From Methanobacteriota archaeon (GTDB lineage Archaea > Thermoplasmatota > Poseidoniia > Poseidoniales > Poseidoniaceae), in assembly GCA_002720275.1 (NCBI GenBank), contig PBHR01000023.1, positions 21,600-85,599 on the forward strand: DNA of 64,000 bases, given 5' to 3'. A model generated the notes under the pieces. It searched no databases. It saw nothing but the letters and a program-made list of their open reading frames with translations, and was not told the DNA's origin. A program made the position numbers and the translations under genes. Within the stretch, counting starts at the first letter, position 1; each line of letters opens with the position of its first letter. Shown here one piece after another: positions 1-9,378 of this stretch.

Positions 1-391
1 AAATATTAGCATCATTTTCTTTTTCAATATTATAAATTTCAGACCCTGAAGAAAAATTAACATCAAATACTTCATCGGTGATATAAACATCAGAAATAAA
101 ATTTCGCTCTTCATAACCCTCTGCATTAAATTGAAGTCTAACACTATGATTTGCCATTACCTGAATTTTTTCTCCATAAGAAATAAAATTTTGTTGGAGA
201 ATAGTTCCTGTCCAACCCTCAATCACTGAAACTTCAACAGAACTAATTAATTGACCAGTGTCATTATCTAAGAAATTAAATGATAATTCTACAAAATCGT
301 CTGGGTTTTGTGATTCTGCAATTGTTCCTGGAATTATACAAGAAAATACACTTAAAAATAAGCATAAAATCATTATAATTTCTTTCTTCAC
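1..391 (-). CDS. Secreted/exported hypothetical protein, N-terminal part (runs off the window)
   Basis: Not in the ORF track. GTG at 391 after GGTGG; reads MKKEIIMILCLFLSVFSCIIPGTIAESQNPDDFVELSF..., a signal-peptide-like N-terminus; frame stays open to position 1. Confidence 0.75.
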   Translation of the reverse strand, partial: MKKEIIMILCLFLSVFSCIIPGTIAESQNPDDFVELSFNFLDNDTGQLISSVEVSVIEGWTGTILQQNFISYGEKIQVMANHSVRLQFNAEGYEERNFISDVYITDEVFDVNFSSGSEIYNIEKENDANI

Positions 392-399
392 GTAACCAC

Positions 400-1365
400 C
401 TAATCAGAATAAAGTATACAAGAACCATCATAATCAATTTCTAATGGGATGATTTTATTTTTAGGATACACAGACTTGACTTTTTCTAATGTGTCACGAC
501 TTCCACCAAAAAGGATGAAACCACCGCCACCTGCCCCCAATAATTTTGCACCTTCAACTCCACAATCAAATAATCTTTGAAACATTAAATTAATTTCATC
601 ATTTGAAATATTTGGACTTAATTCCTTTTTACAAATCCATGTTTCTTGTAATAATTTTGCTAATCCCGATAAATCTTGCTCTATAATCATTTTTTTAGCA
701 TCCTTTGCTTGAATTACCAATAAATCTAAATTATTTCTATTTTGATTAGTTCTACTATTTTGATCCTTAAGAATATCATTTGCTAACCTTGTAATTCCGG
801 TGTATATTAATGAAAAGTTTCCTTTCAATGATGTTTCATCTGATAAGTTTTCCACAAATACTGTTCCATCTTGATTAAAAATAATATGATTACATCCACC
901 GAATGCTACCGCATACTGATCTTGTTTACCAATTGTTTGTCCTAATATCTCAATTTCAATCTTACATGCTTCTTCTGCTAATTGTTGAGGGTTAGGCGAT
1001 CTACCCGCAAAACAATGCAAAGCATGTAACAAACCAACCGTAACAGAAGAAGATGATCCTAAACCACTCCCCTTACTAGGAATATCTGCAATTGTTGTGA
1101 TTTCAACTCCTTTTGTAACTCCAGTCATTCTCATGGCTTCTTTGACTAATTGATGATTTAAGTTTTCAAAATCATCAACAATTTCCATTTCAGAATAAGA
1201 AACTCTAACTGTATCATCAAATCTTGAATTCACTGTAACATATACATATTTATTCAAAGCAACAGATGTTACACAACCTCCCTCTTCTGATGTTGAATAA
1301 TAAGCTTCTAGATCTGAACCACCACCACAAAATGAAACTCTTAACGGTGTTCGGCTCACTATCAT
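400..1365 (-). CDS. GHMP-family sugar kinase (heptose-7-phosphate kinase HddA-like)
   Basis: RTPLRVSFCGGGSD, PSKGSGLGSSS, GKQDQY and GAKLLGAGGGGF motifs; likely start is ATG 1365 after GGAGG rather than TTG 1431. Confidence 0.88.
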   Translation of the reverse strand: MIVSRTPLRVSFCGGGSDLEAYYSTSEEGGCVTSVALNKYVYVTVNSRFDDTVRVSYSEMEIVDDFENLNHQLVKEAMRMTGVTKGVEITTIADIPSKGSGLGSSSSVTVGLLHALHCFAGRSPNPQQLAEEACKIEIEILGQTIGKQDQYAVAFGGCNHIIFNQDGTVFVENLSDETSLKGNFSLIYTGITRLANDILKDQNSRTNQNRNNLDLLVIQAKDAKKMIIEQDLSGLAKLLQETWICKKELSPNISNDEINLMFQRLFDCGVEGAKLLGAGGGGFILFGGSRDTLEKVKSVYPKNKIIPLEIDYDGSCILYSD

Positions 1366-1481
1366 TAGACCTCCGACAATGCTCCTATTCAAGAAAGACA
1401 CCCCTATTAGTTCAATAATTTTGCTTTTCAAGAGAGGGCAAGGGTTATTGATAGCCGTCTAAGCCGACTATGTGGAAGAGC

Positions 1482-2423
1482 ATGAATTCACTGATAACAA
1501 TGAACGATTTAACTAATGAAGACATTCATAGAATACTATTAGATGCTGAAAAATTATTGCCTGTTGCAAAAGGTAACTTCCATCTACCGTTATTAGAAGG
1601 AAAAATTCTTGGAAATCTATTTTTTGAGCCATCTACTAGAACTAGAATGTCATTTGAAACAGCAATGAAAAGGTTAGGAGGAGACGTAATTAATTTAGGT
1701 GCAGTAGCATCTTCATCAGTAGTTAAAGGTGAAACATTACATGATACTATTAGAATGGTCGATGGTTATTCGGATATTATAGCATTAAGGCACCCACGAC
1801 AAGGAGCTGCTCAATATGCATCTGATTGTGCAAATGTACCAATTGCAAATGCTGGTGATGGTGCTGGGCATCACCCAACTCAAACTATGCTTGACTTATT
1901 TACAATTAAACAAGCACATGGAAAAATTGAAAATCTAAATGTAGTTTTAGTTGGTGATTTAAGGTTTGGAAGAACTGTTCATTCTCTTTCATATGCTTTA
2001 GTTAGATTCGGATGCAAATTAACCTTGGTTAGTCCTGAGAGTCTAAGGTTACCAGAAGAAATTGTTAATGAATTAAAAACCCAAGGTGGAGAATTAACAA
2101 TTACTGAAGATTTAAAACCACAATTAAAAGATGCTGATGTAGTTTATATGACTAGAATTCAAAAAGAAAGGTTTCCCGATGAAGATGAATATGTAAGAGT
2201 TGCAGGTATATACAAATTAGTGGCAAATGATTTGTCTTCTGTAAAAAATGACATGATTGTTATGCATCCACTTCCTCGTGTTGATGAAATAAATCCTGAT
2301 GTTGATTCTACCAGACATGCAGCATATTTTGAACAAGCATTCAATGGAGTAGTAACTAGAATGGCATTACTTTGCAACATGTTAAATGTTCCAATACCAG
2401 AAAAAATAGGAGGTGAACAATAA
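1482..2423 (+). CDS. pyrB: Aspartate carbamoyltransferase catalytic subunit
   Basis: FFEPSTRTRMSF, HPTQTMLDL, YMTRIQKERF and HPLPR motifs; start is ATG 1482 or 1470. Confidence 0.97.
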   Translation: MNSLITMNDLTNEDIHRILLDAEKLLPVAKGNFHLPLLEGKILGNLFFEPSTRTRMSFETAMKRLGGDVINLGAVASSSVVKGETLHDTIRMVDGYSDIIALRHPRQGAAQYASDCANVPIANAGDGAGHHPTQTMLDLFTIKQAHGKIENLNVVLVGDLRFGRTVHSLSYALVRFGCKLTLVSPESLRLPEEIVNELKTQGGELTITEDLKPQLKDADVVYMTRIQKERFPDEDEYVRVAGIYKLVANDLSSVKNDMIVMHPLPRVDEINPDVDSTRHAAYFEQAFNGVVTRMALLCNMLNVPIPEKIGGEQ

Positions 2424-2902
2424 TGACTGCTGATGAACAAGCCATGAGAAGAGTAACTGCAATTAGGAATGGTACAGTAATTGATCATATTCCTGGAGGA
2501 ATGGTATTACAAGCATTGCAAATTTTCAATGTAGATGGTAGACACTCAAATCCAATTTCCTTAGTAATGAATGTACCCTCTAGAAAACTTGGAACTAAAG
2601 ACATATTAAAAATTGAAGATAGAGAATTAACCCAAGAAGAATTAGACCGATTAGCATTAATTGCACCCATGGCTTCAGTTTCAATAATTAGAAATTATTC
2701 TGTTGCAGAAAAATTATCAATTCAACTTGGTGATGAAATGATTAATGTTGCACATTGTGTTTATTCTAATTGTATTAGCAATGCTGAAAGAGAACCTTTG
2801 CCTCATAGACTTAAAGTGTTAAATACATCTCCAATGACTCTGCAATGCCATTATTGTGGAAGAAATCAAAATTTAGACCGACTTGTTAAAAATTTACTGT
2901 GA
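2423..2902 (+). CDS. pyrI: Aspartate carbamoyltransferase regulatory subunit
   Basis: IRNGTVIDHI, KDILKIE and C-terminal Zn ligands CxxxxC...CHYC; coupled to pyrB. Confidence 0.96.
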   Translation: MTADEQAMRRVTAIRNGTVIDHIPGGMVLQALQIFNVDGRHSNPISLVMNVPSRKLGTKDILKIEDRELTQEELDRLALIAPMASVSIIRNYSVAEKLSIQLGDEMINVAHCVYSNCISNAEREPLPHRLKVLNTSPMTLQCHYCGRNQNLDRLVKNLL

Positions 2903-2906
2903 GAGT

Positions 2907-3677
2907 ATGCGTATTATTTCTTGGAATGTAAATGGTATTCGAGCAGCAATACGTAAGGGTTTTGATGACTTCGTAAATAATCTAAAACCTGACATTTTAA
3001 TGCTACAAGAAATTCGTTGCTTAGAAGAGCAACTCCCTACCAATTGGTCACCACCTCTTGAAATGAATTATGCATGGCATCCAGCAATTAGAAAAGGTTA
3101 CTCAGGAGTTGCTACATTATCACATAAAGATTTTGCAATTCTTGGTAAAGGTAAAAATAACGAAAAAGATGAAGAGGGGAGGGTTTTAATTACCAAACAT
3201 CAAAATTTAACATTAATTAATACATATTTACCTAGTGGAAGTTCAAAAATTGAAAGGCAAAATTTCAAAGAAAATTGGATGGAAACATATCTAATCTGGT
3301 TAAATGAATATGTGAATCAGGAGTCTCCGGTAATTGTTGCAGGTGATCTTAATATTGCACATACAGAAAATGACATTTGGAACCCTTCTGGAAACAAAAT
3401 GACCTCGGGGTTTTTACCTAATGAAAGAGAATGGTTCGATAGATTGCTTCAAACTGGATGGGTTGATATATGCAGACAAAAATTTGGGGATAGAAAAGGC
3501 CCATACTCTTGGTGGTCAAATAGAGGAAGGGCAAGGATACTTGATAGAGGTTGGAGAATCGATTATTTTTTGGCAAATAAAGCTGCAGCAAAATTAGTTG
3601 TCAATGCTGAAATAAATAGAGAAGGTGGACTAATTGTTAGCGATCACGCACCGGTAATCATTGACCTAAATTTATGA
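2907..3677 (+). CDS. xth: Exodeoxyribonuclease III / AP endonuclease
   Basis: MRIISWNVNGIRA, LQEIR, GYSGVA, GDLNIAH, GWRIDYFL and SDHAPV motifs. Confidence 0.95.
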   Translation: MRIISWNVNGIRAAIRKGFDDFVNNLKPDILMLQEIRCLEEQLPTNWSPPLEMNYAWHPAIRKGYSGVATLSHKDFAILGKGKNNEKDEEGRVLITKHQNLTLINTYLPSGSSKIERQNFKENWMETYLIWLNEYVNQESPVIVAGDLNIAHTENDIWNPSGNKMTSGFLPNEREWFDRLLQTGWVDICRQKFGDRKGPYSWWSNRGRARILDRGWRIDYFLANKAAAKLVVNAEINREGGLIVSDHAPVIIDLNL

Positions 3678-4676
3678 ATGATCTACTAACCATTTTTTCA
3701 TAATACAAGCCTTGCAAATTTCTTGGCTAGTGATTTCTCCACACTTTTCACAATTATTTGCACTTTTATTACTCAAATCAGAAAGTTGCTGATTATTATT
3801 TTTTGCAAACATTTCCTTAATTGAATCTGATGAATGTACTAAACCATGACGGGTTCCAGGAACTGCATCTTCCATCTTAGCTACAATATCTCTATGCAAT
3901 ATTCTTAATGCTTGATGCGAATGTGGGCATTCGTCATCATGAAAAGGTAAATCTAATGTCATAGCGTAAGCTTGTACTTCTTGTTCTGGAATCCATCTAA
4001 TCGGAACAATACGTGGTGCCATCCCTTTAATTGGGGCCCAAGTATGTGGTGCTAGCCTAATAGTACGCTCTAAATCTCCTTTTTGTAAATTCATTAAAAC
4101 AGTCTGTGCCATATCATCCAAATTATGACCAAATGCCACATAATCAGCATTCATTTCTGAAGCTAATTTATTAATTCCCTTCCTTCTAAATACACCACAA
4201 AATGAACAGGGAGACATTCCTTTAACTTCTTCATTTTTTTTACTAATTTTTGGCATTACTTTTACAACATTATCCATATCATCGAACCCTAAAGATTTGT
4301 AACTTAAGGACTTAAATTCAATTCCAAGGTTATTTGCTAATTTTTCGGCACATTCCATTGAAGGTTTCCTATATCCTTCTATACCTTCATTTACACAACC
4401 AGCTATTAGTTTGACATCTTTTCTATTTTTTAAAAAATGATGTAAAGTTTCTAAAAGAACTGCAGAATCTTTACCACCGCTTACTGCTACCATAATTGTA
4501 GTCGATTCTTTATTTTCTCCCTTGGGAAGAATTAATTGTTTCCTTAATTCCTTACCGATTCTTTTTCTTACACTTCTAATTAAACAACTAGAACAATAAT
4601 GTTGTCCTGAATATTCTTGATATAAGATTGCAGGTTTTCGGCAACGAGAACACTGTGAGATATCAATCGCGGACAC
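3672..4676 (-). CDS. tRNA 2-thiolation protein, TtuA/Ncs6(Ctu1) family
   Basis: PP-loop SGGKDS, CSFCGVFRR, GHNLDD, CPH, and N- and C-terminal CxxC zinc fingers. Confidence 0.92.
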   Translation of the reverse strand: MSAIDISQCSRCRKPAILYQEYSGQHYCSSCLIRSVRKRIGKELRKQLILPKGENKESTTIMVAVSGGKDSAVLLETLHHFLKNRKDVKLIAGCVNEGIEGYRKPSMECAEKLANNLGIEFKSLSYKSLGFDDMDNVVKVMPKISKKNEEVKGMSPCSFCGVFRRKGINKLASEMNADYVAFGHNLDDMAQTVLMNLQKGDLERTIRLAPHTWAPIKGMAPRIVPIRWIPEQEVQAYAMTLDLPFHDDECPHSHQALRILHRDIVAKMEDAVPGTRHGLVHSSDSIKEMFAKNNNQQLSDLSNKSANNCEKCGEITSQEICKACIMKKWLVDHS

Positions 4677-4717
4677 AATAGCCGCATTGAATATGACGCT
4701 TCAATTCATCGGAAAGA

Positions 4718-5386
4718 TTATTCTTTAGTAAAATAGAATAATTGATTATAATTTTTTAATTCGAAATCAGTACATTTTAATTCATTAATATTTTTCCAAA
4801 TTTCAAACCTTGAACTAATTAATGGTAAATGATAATACCTAGACACCTTTGAAGAATCCGGTAAAGTCCAAGAAACCCAAACTACATCTTCGTTTTCTTC
4901 ATCAAGATCTCCATTGATAACTGAAGGTGCCGAAGGGTCCCAACATGAAATCAAAATCTTACCCTCCTTTTTTGTGACTCTTGAAAATTCATTTAAAGCA
5001 ATTTTATTCAAATCAAACGGCAAATGATGCAATACTGCTATAGAGATTATTGCATCAAATTCATCATCTAAAAATTGTAAATCACACACATCAGAAACAA
5101 AAATATTTTCTCCAGGCCTACCAAGTTCTTTCTCCGCCTCAATAGTTGCATTTACCATACTCACAGAAATGTCAATTGCTGAAACTTCGAATCCTAAATC
5201 AGTTGCTAACCTAACATGCCTTCCATTTCCACATCCAGCAATTAATAATTTCAATGGTTTTTTTAAATTATCAGAGGCAAATCCCTTTAACCAATCAACA
5301 ACGAAATCCCATGTGCTTGTACGTTTTTTCCCAAAATCAGAACCTATGGAGTCATAAGCAAATTTGACTGATTTTCTTGGGTCCAT
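4718..5386 (-). CDS. Class I SAM-dependent methyltransferase, Trm9/ALKBH8-like
   Basis: YDSIGSDF..R..W N-terminus, GCGNGR motif I, ISIAVLHHL and RYYHL. Confidence 0.8.
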   Translation of the reverse strand: MDPRKSVKFAYDSIGSDFGKKRTSTWDFVVDWLKGFASDNLKKPLKLLIAGCGNGRHVRLATDLGFEVSAIDISVSMVNATIEAEKELGRPGENIFVSDVCDLQFLDDEFDAIISIAVLHHLPFDLNKIALNEFSRVTKKEGKILISCWDPSAPSVINGDLDEENEDVVWVSWTLPDSSKVSRYYHLPLISSRFEIWKNINELKCTDFELKNYNQLFYFTKE

Positions 5387-5446
5387 AATACTCGCTAAGA
5401 TAATTTGGATTTGATTGCTTTGGACAATCTAATTAATTTAAATTAA

Positions 5447-5486
5447 AATTATTCAATTGGAATATTAATTTCCCAATTGGAAAATT
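5447..5486. repeat. Tandem pair of 20-bp imperfect palindromes (candidate protein-binding site)
   Basis: AATTATTCAATTGGAATATT + AATTTCCCAATTGGAAAATT; CAATTG cores start at 5454 and 5474. Confidence 0.6.
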
Positions 5487-5603
5487 CAAAAAATAAGAAA
5501 ATAGGTTTTGGAAATAGAAATTAATCACATAAATCAATATTCAAACTAAAAAATCCCCCCAAATCTCTTGAACTAGTCTGCACACTGAGGCATCTAGAGG
5601 CGT

Positions 5604-5948
5604 ATGTTACAACGGTTGTTATCGTCATTTTGTAATATCCCAAGTGTTCGATTTGCTGCAATTATCGATAATATTGGGAATGAATTGATGCAAACTTATA
5701 GTAGTAAAAGACAAGACGTTTCATTTATGGACTTTGGCGGCCTGTTGCATACAATTGATATGAGTTCGAAATTATGTGATATGGGAGATGCTAATCAATG
5801 CTGGATTGAATCGGAAAACGGGACTATTTTTTTATGTGCATTACCAGATAGGAAATACATTGGTATTTTAACAGATGAAAATCCGAATATAGGCCGAATA
5901 AGTTACGAGTTAAATACAAAAAAAGAAGCAATCGCTCAATTAATTTAG
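5604..5948 (+). CDS. Roadblock/LC7 (MglB-like) domain protein
   Basis: 114 aa; IPSVRFAAIIDNIG...MGDANQCWIESENGTIFL...GILTDENPNIGRI follows the roadblock pattern. Confidence 0.8.
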   Translation: MLQRLLSSFCNIPSVRFAAIIDNIGNELMQTYSSKRQDVSFMDFGGLLHTIDMSSKLCDMGDANQCWIESENGTIFLCALPDRKYIGILTDENPNIGRISYELNTKKEAIAQLI

Positions 5949-5953
5949 GTTAG

Positions 5954-8900
5954 GTGGAAGAAATGTTTAGTTTACCCTTGGGAAGTGAAGAAAAAAAGAA
6001 TGTGGCATCTGATTTAGAAATAAACAGCAGTGAAATTGATTATGGAGTAATAAGTTATTATTTACCTAAAACTAAAACACCTTGTGGTTACAGGTTAATT
6101 GCTGGAAGTGAAATTGTTGGATGTTTGGCAAAATCAGGAAAAAAGAAAAATTATATTGGTGCTAAAGAAGCAATAGACGAACTTAAAAAAGTCAGTAAAA
6201 AGAATAAATTAAGAACTTTAAGATCTACTTGGTCACAAAAAGAATTTGCCGAAGTTGCTCTTTTAGTACCTGCAGCATTCTATGATATTAATTCCCTTGC
6301 AGGAATCTCAACAAAACAATCATTTTCAAGCGGGTTTGATTCATTACAAGCAAGTTCATTTGTTGATACTCTTACAGAAAGATCTTCCGTAATAGGTGCT
6401 TTAGCTTCTGAAAAAGGTATGCCGATTCATTCAAAAGGAGAATTACCTGGAAAAATTGAAGATGTTGCTACTACAATCAAATCTGAATTAGATCGTTCAT
6501 CAAAAGTAGTAAATAAACTAGAATTACCAACATTAAATAGAATTTCAATGCATATGCAAGATGGTTCTTTACTAATGATGAGAATTGAGGGTTTAGACAT
6601 AGTTGCTTGGGTTTCAGAAGGTGCAGATCATGATGCAATAATAATAGATTCAATAGCAAAATTAGATTCTATGCAGGATACAAATATTGCTGATGATGAC
6701 GGAAGTATGCTTGAAGAAGGACTTAGTAGCCTTGAGCGTAAAGGAGGTTTGGATAATTTACTTTCTATGTTATCTAGAGGAAACTCTGAGTCAATTAGTG
6801 GATACATTAGGGTTGAAAATGATGAGGATCTTTTAGATATTTTGATCAGCAAAGGAATCCCAGTTGGTGCACGTTCAAAAAAGCAATTATCTGTAAAAGA
6901 TGTCGCATATAAGTCTACAGCACCTAAAGCAAAATTAACATTATTTTCGCTTCCAAAAATTGAACGGATGAGCACTCATTTGAATACAACAAAAAAATTT
7001 AGCCTCAATTCTTTCTGTAATCATATTTCTAAATCTAGAACAAGATCAAAAGATAGAGAAAAACAAATTAACAAACGATTAATGAAAATGTTTGGTTTTG
7101 CCATTGGTATTGAAGATTTAACAGAAAGCCTTGGAGAATGGACATTAAAAGAAAAGAAAAATGCTGGCGCGAAATTAGTTCCTAAAGCACAAAGTGGAAA
7201 AATGCTAATGCCAACATCTGTCGTAGATTCTAAAGAATTTGATAAAATTAAACAAGAACAAGCACGCCTAATTAAAGAAGTTGCTAAAATGGAACGACAG
7301 CGTGACGATGTAAAAGCATCATTTGATGCTTCAAAAATAGAAGTTGATGGAATGAGGGCAAGAATTTCTGAAATGCAAAAATTAAATTCTGGAAGTGTTG
7401 ATCAAATCTCACAATTAAAAATAGATTTAAGAGAGGCAACTAACGGTCAAGAATTAGCATTAAACCGCAATGAAAGTTTAACTCAAAGAATTAAAGAATT
7501 AGAAAAACAAGTAGAACATAGAATTGAAGAATTATCCCAAGCAGTAGGTGAATCTGAAAGTAGGGAAAAATTACAAAAAATGGTTAGTGATCTTTCTGAG
7601 CAAGAAATCAGATTAAAATCAGAAGTTGAAGCAGGAGATATAAGATTAAGACAGTTGAGGGCATCAATTGATGCAGATGACAGAAGACATAGAATGGTTG
7701 CAGATCAACTTGAAGCGCAAAGAGAAAGACATCGGCAAGCAACTGCAATTTCAAATGAATTAGAAAGAAGAATTGAAAGTCAAAATAAAGAGTTATTAGA
7801 TTTAGATGCTGAAGCAACATCACATAGGAAACTAATGGGAGAAGAAAGAGCACATTTCTTAGATTCTGAAAGGCGTTTAGGTCATTTACACGCTGAAGTT
7901 AAAGAATTACATGAAGAAAGGCGTAGATTAATGAGAGAATTAGGTGACTTAAGTGGTAGAAGAGCCGAAGCTGAAACTGAAGTCAATAATTTAATTTCAA
8001 CCGCTGAATCATTAAAAGATGCACATGATGCAGCATTATCTGATATAGATGAAGCAAATACAATAAGAGCAAAATTACGTGATGAACCTTTAGCACAAGC
8101 ATTATTGGGACAAGATCATGGTTTTTCATCACTCGCACCAATAATGCAAAGACTAGATCGAATGAGAGAGTTAGGTTATAGTTTAACATTAATGGATAGA
8201 GCAATAGAAAGAGGATTAACAATAATTCAACACAATGTAGACAATGTTGCAAAAACTCCAAGATATCTATTATCAACTGAAGTTATGGATTTATTACAAT
8301 CACAAACACCAGAAACTGCAAGTACAATTAGAGGTCTCACAAATTGGTCTGTACGCCAACGTTTGGAAAGTAAATTAAAAGAAATCGTTCAATTAGTTGT
8401 TTTAGACTTAGAAGGGTTATTAGATGAATTCGAACGATCTACCACATTATTGAGAAAAATGAGACAAATGATTACTCAACTTGAAGAATTAGGAGTTCCA
8501 AAAGACACCCTCTACAGACTTGAAGCACTTTGTAATAGACCTGAAGCATTGCCACATATAGCAAATAATCTACGGGAGACAATTCAATCGGCACTAGATT
8601 CAATATACTTAGAAGCTGATCAAGGTGATGCGGGAGTTGCGGTAGTAATGGAAAAAACTGCAAGTTCCTTAGATGAAGCAATGAAACAATTAGATGAAAC
8701 TGGTTTAACATTTGGCTCGAAAAAACCTACACAACTTTGGATTTTCCAAGAAAATGGGCTTCTACCCCATGAAGATATTAAATTAGAGTCTGAGAGACCT
8801 TCAGTATCTGAAGAAATAATCAGAGAACTAAACCCTCATAATGCAAGTAATGCTGAGAGTATTGAAGTTAGTAAAGATGCCGTAAATGATGAAGACGGAT

Positions 8901-9115
8901 GGACTTCTATGGAAATTGATACAACTAAAGAAAATCAAGTATCAAATAATACTGAAACAGACGTTTCAATTGAAGAAAATAGTAGGATTGCAATTGATGC
9001 TGAATTAGCAAAATTAGATCATGCATGGGAACGTAGAAACATTAATTCAGAAGTAGAAGAGGAAGAAGACCCTCTAAATGAATTAAATAATGAAGTTGAA
9101 AAATTCGATATTTGA
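5954..9115 (+). CDS. Large multidomain protein: DUF2226-like, roadblock/LC7, DUF2226/DUF4388-like, long coiled coil, acidic tail
   Basis: 1053-aa ORF; roadblock-like segment at about aa 133-237; SGYIRV...DILISKGIPVGA segment; E/K/R/L-rich heptads at about aa 425-710; no Walker A seen; start may be ATG 5963. Confidence 0.7.
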   Translation: MEEMFSLPLGSEEKKNVASDLEINSSEIDYGVISYYLPKTKTPCGYRLIAGSEIVGCLAKSGKKKNYIGAKEAIDELKKVSKKNKLRTLRSTWSQKEFAEVALLVPAAFYDINSLAGISTKQSFSSGFDSLQASSFVDTLTERSSVIGALASEKGMPIHSKGELPGKIEDVATTIKSELDRSSKVVNKLELPTLNRISMHMQDGSLLMMRIEGLDIVAWVSEGADHDAIIIDSIAKLDSMQDTNIADDDGSMLEEGLSSLERKGGLDNLLSMLSRGNSESISGYIRVENDEDLLDILISKGIPVGARSKKQLSVKDVAYKSTAPKAKLTLFSLPKIERMSTHLNTTKKFSLNSFCNHISKSRTRSKDREKQINKRLMKMFGFAIGIEDLTESLGEWTLKEKKNAGAKLVPKAQSGKMLMPTSVVDSKEFDKIKQEQARLIKEVAKMERQRDDVKASFDASKIEVDGMRARISEMQKLNSGSVDQISQLKIDLREATNGQELALNRNESLTQRIKELEKQVEHRIEELSQAVGESESREKLQKMVSDLSEQEIRLKSEVEAGDIRLRQLRASIDADDRRHRMVADQLEAQRERHRQATAISNELERRIESQNKELLDLDAEATSHRKLMGEERAHFLDSERRLGHLHAEVKELHEERRRLMRELGDLSGRRAEAETEVNNLISTAESLKDAHDAALSDIDEANTIRAKLRDEPLAQALLGQDHGFSSLAPIMQRLDRMRELGYSLTLMDRAIERGLTIIQHNVDNVAKTPRYLLSTEVMDLLQSQTPETASTIRGLTNWSVRQRLESKLKEIVQLVVLDLEGLLDEFERSTTLLRKMRQMITQLEELGVPKDTLYRLEALCNRPEALPHIANNLRETIQSALDSIYLEADQGDAGVAVVMEKTASSLDEAMKQLDETGLTFGSKKPTQLWIFQENGLLPHEDIKLESERPSVSEEIIRELNPHNASNAESIEVSKDAVNDEDGWTSMEIDTTKENQVSNNTETDVSIEENSRIAIDAELAKLDHAWERRNINSEVEEEEDPLNELNNEVEKFDI

Positions 9116-9126
9116 GGTGAAAAATC

Positions 9127-9378
9127 ATGAAAGAAGAGCTTAACAAGCTCACATTAATTGGGAGAACGGAGATCAAAGGTAAAAGATATCCAATTTTTTT
9201 AGAACGGTTCGGTTTACTTTTTTCAATAATTTTAACTATTTTTTTAACATTTACAATTTGGAATGAATTTGAAGAATACATTTGGTTAAATGTTTTATTA
9301 AGTATTTGTTTTGCACCTTTATTTGCTTTATCAATGGCAGAAATAATAGGTAGATTAATTCAATATTTACAGAATTAA
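9127..9378 (+). CDS. Small two-TM membrane protein
   Basis: 83 aa with two hydrophobic helices; GAGGTGA RBS; follows the coiled-coil gene. Confidence 0.75.
   Translation: MKEELNKLTLIGRTEIKGKRYPIFLERFGLLFSIILTIFLTFTIWNEFEEYIWLNVLLSICFAPLFALSMAEIIGRLIQYLQN

Noticed and set aside
5954..9115. SMC/Rad50 assignment for the large coiled-coil protein (also considered for 42053-44602)
   Set aside because: No Walker A/B, ABC signature, hinge or zinc-hook motif seen
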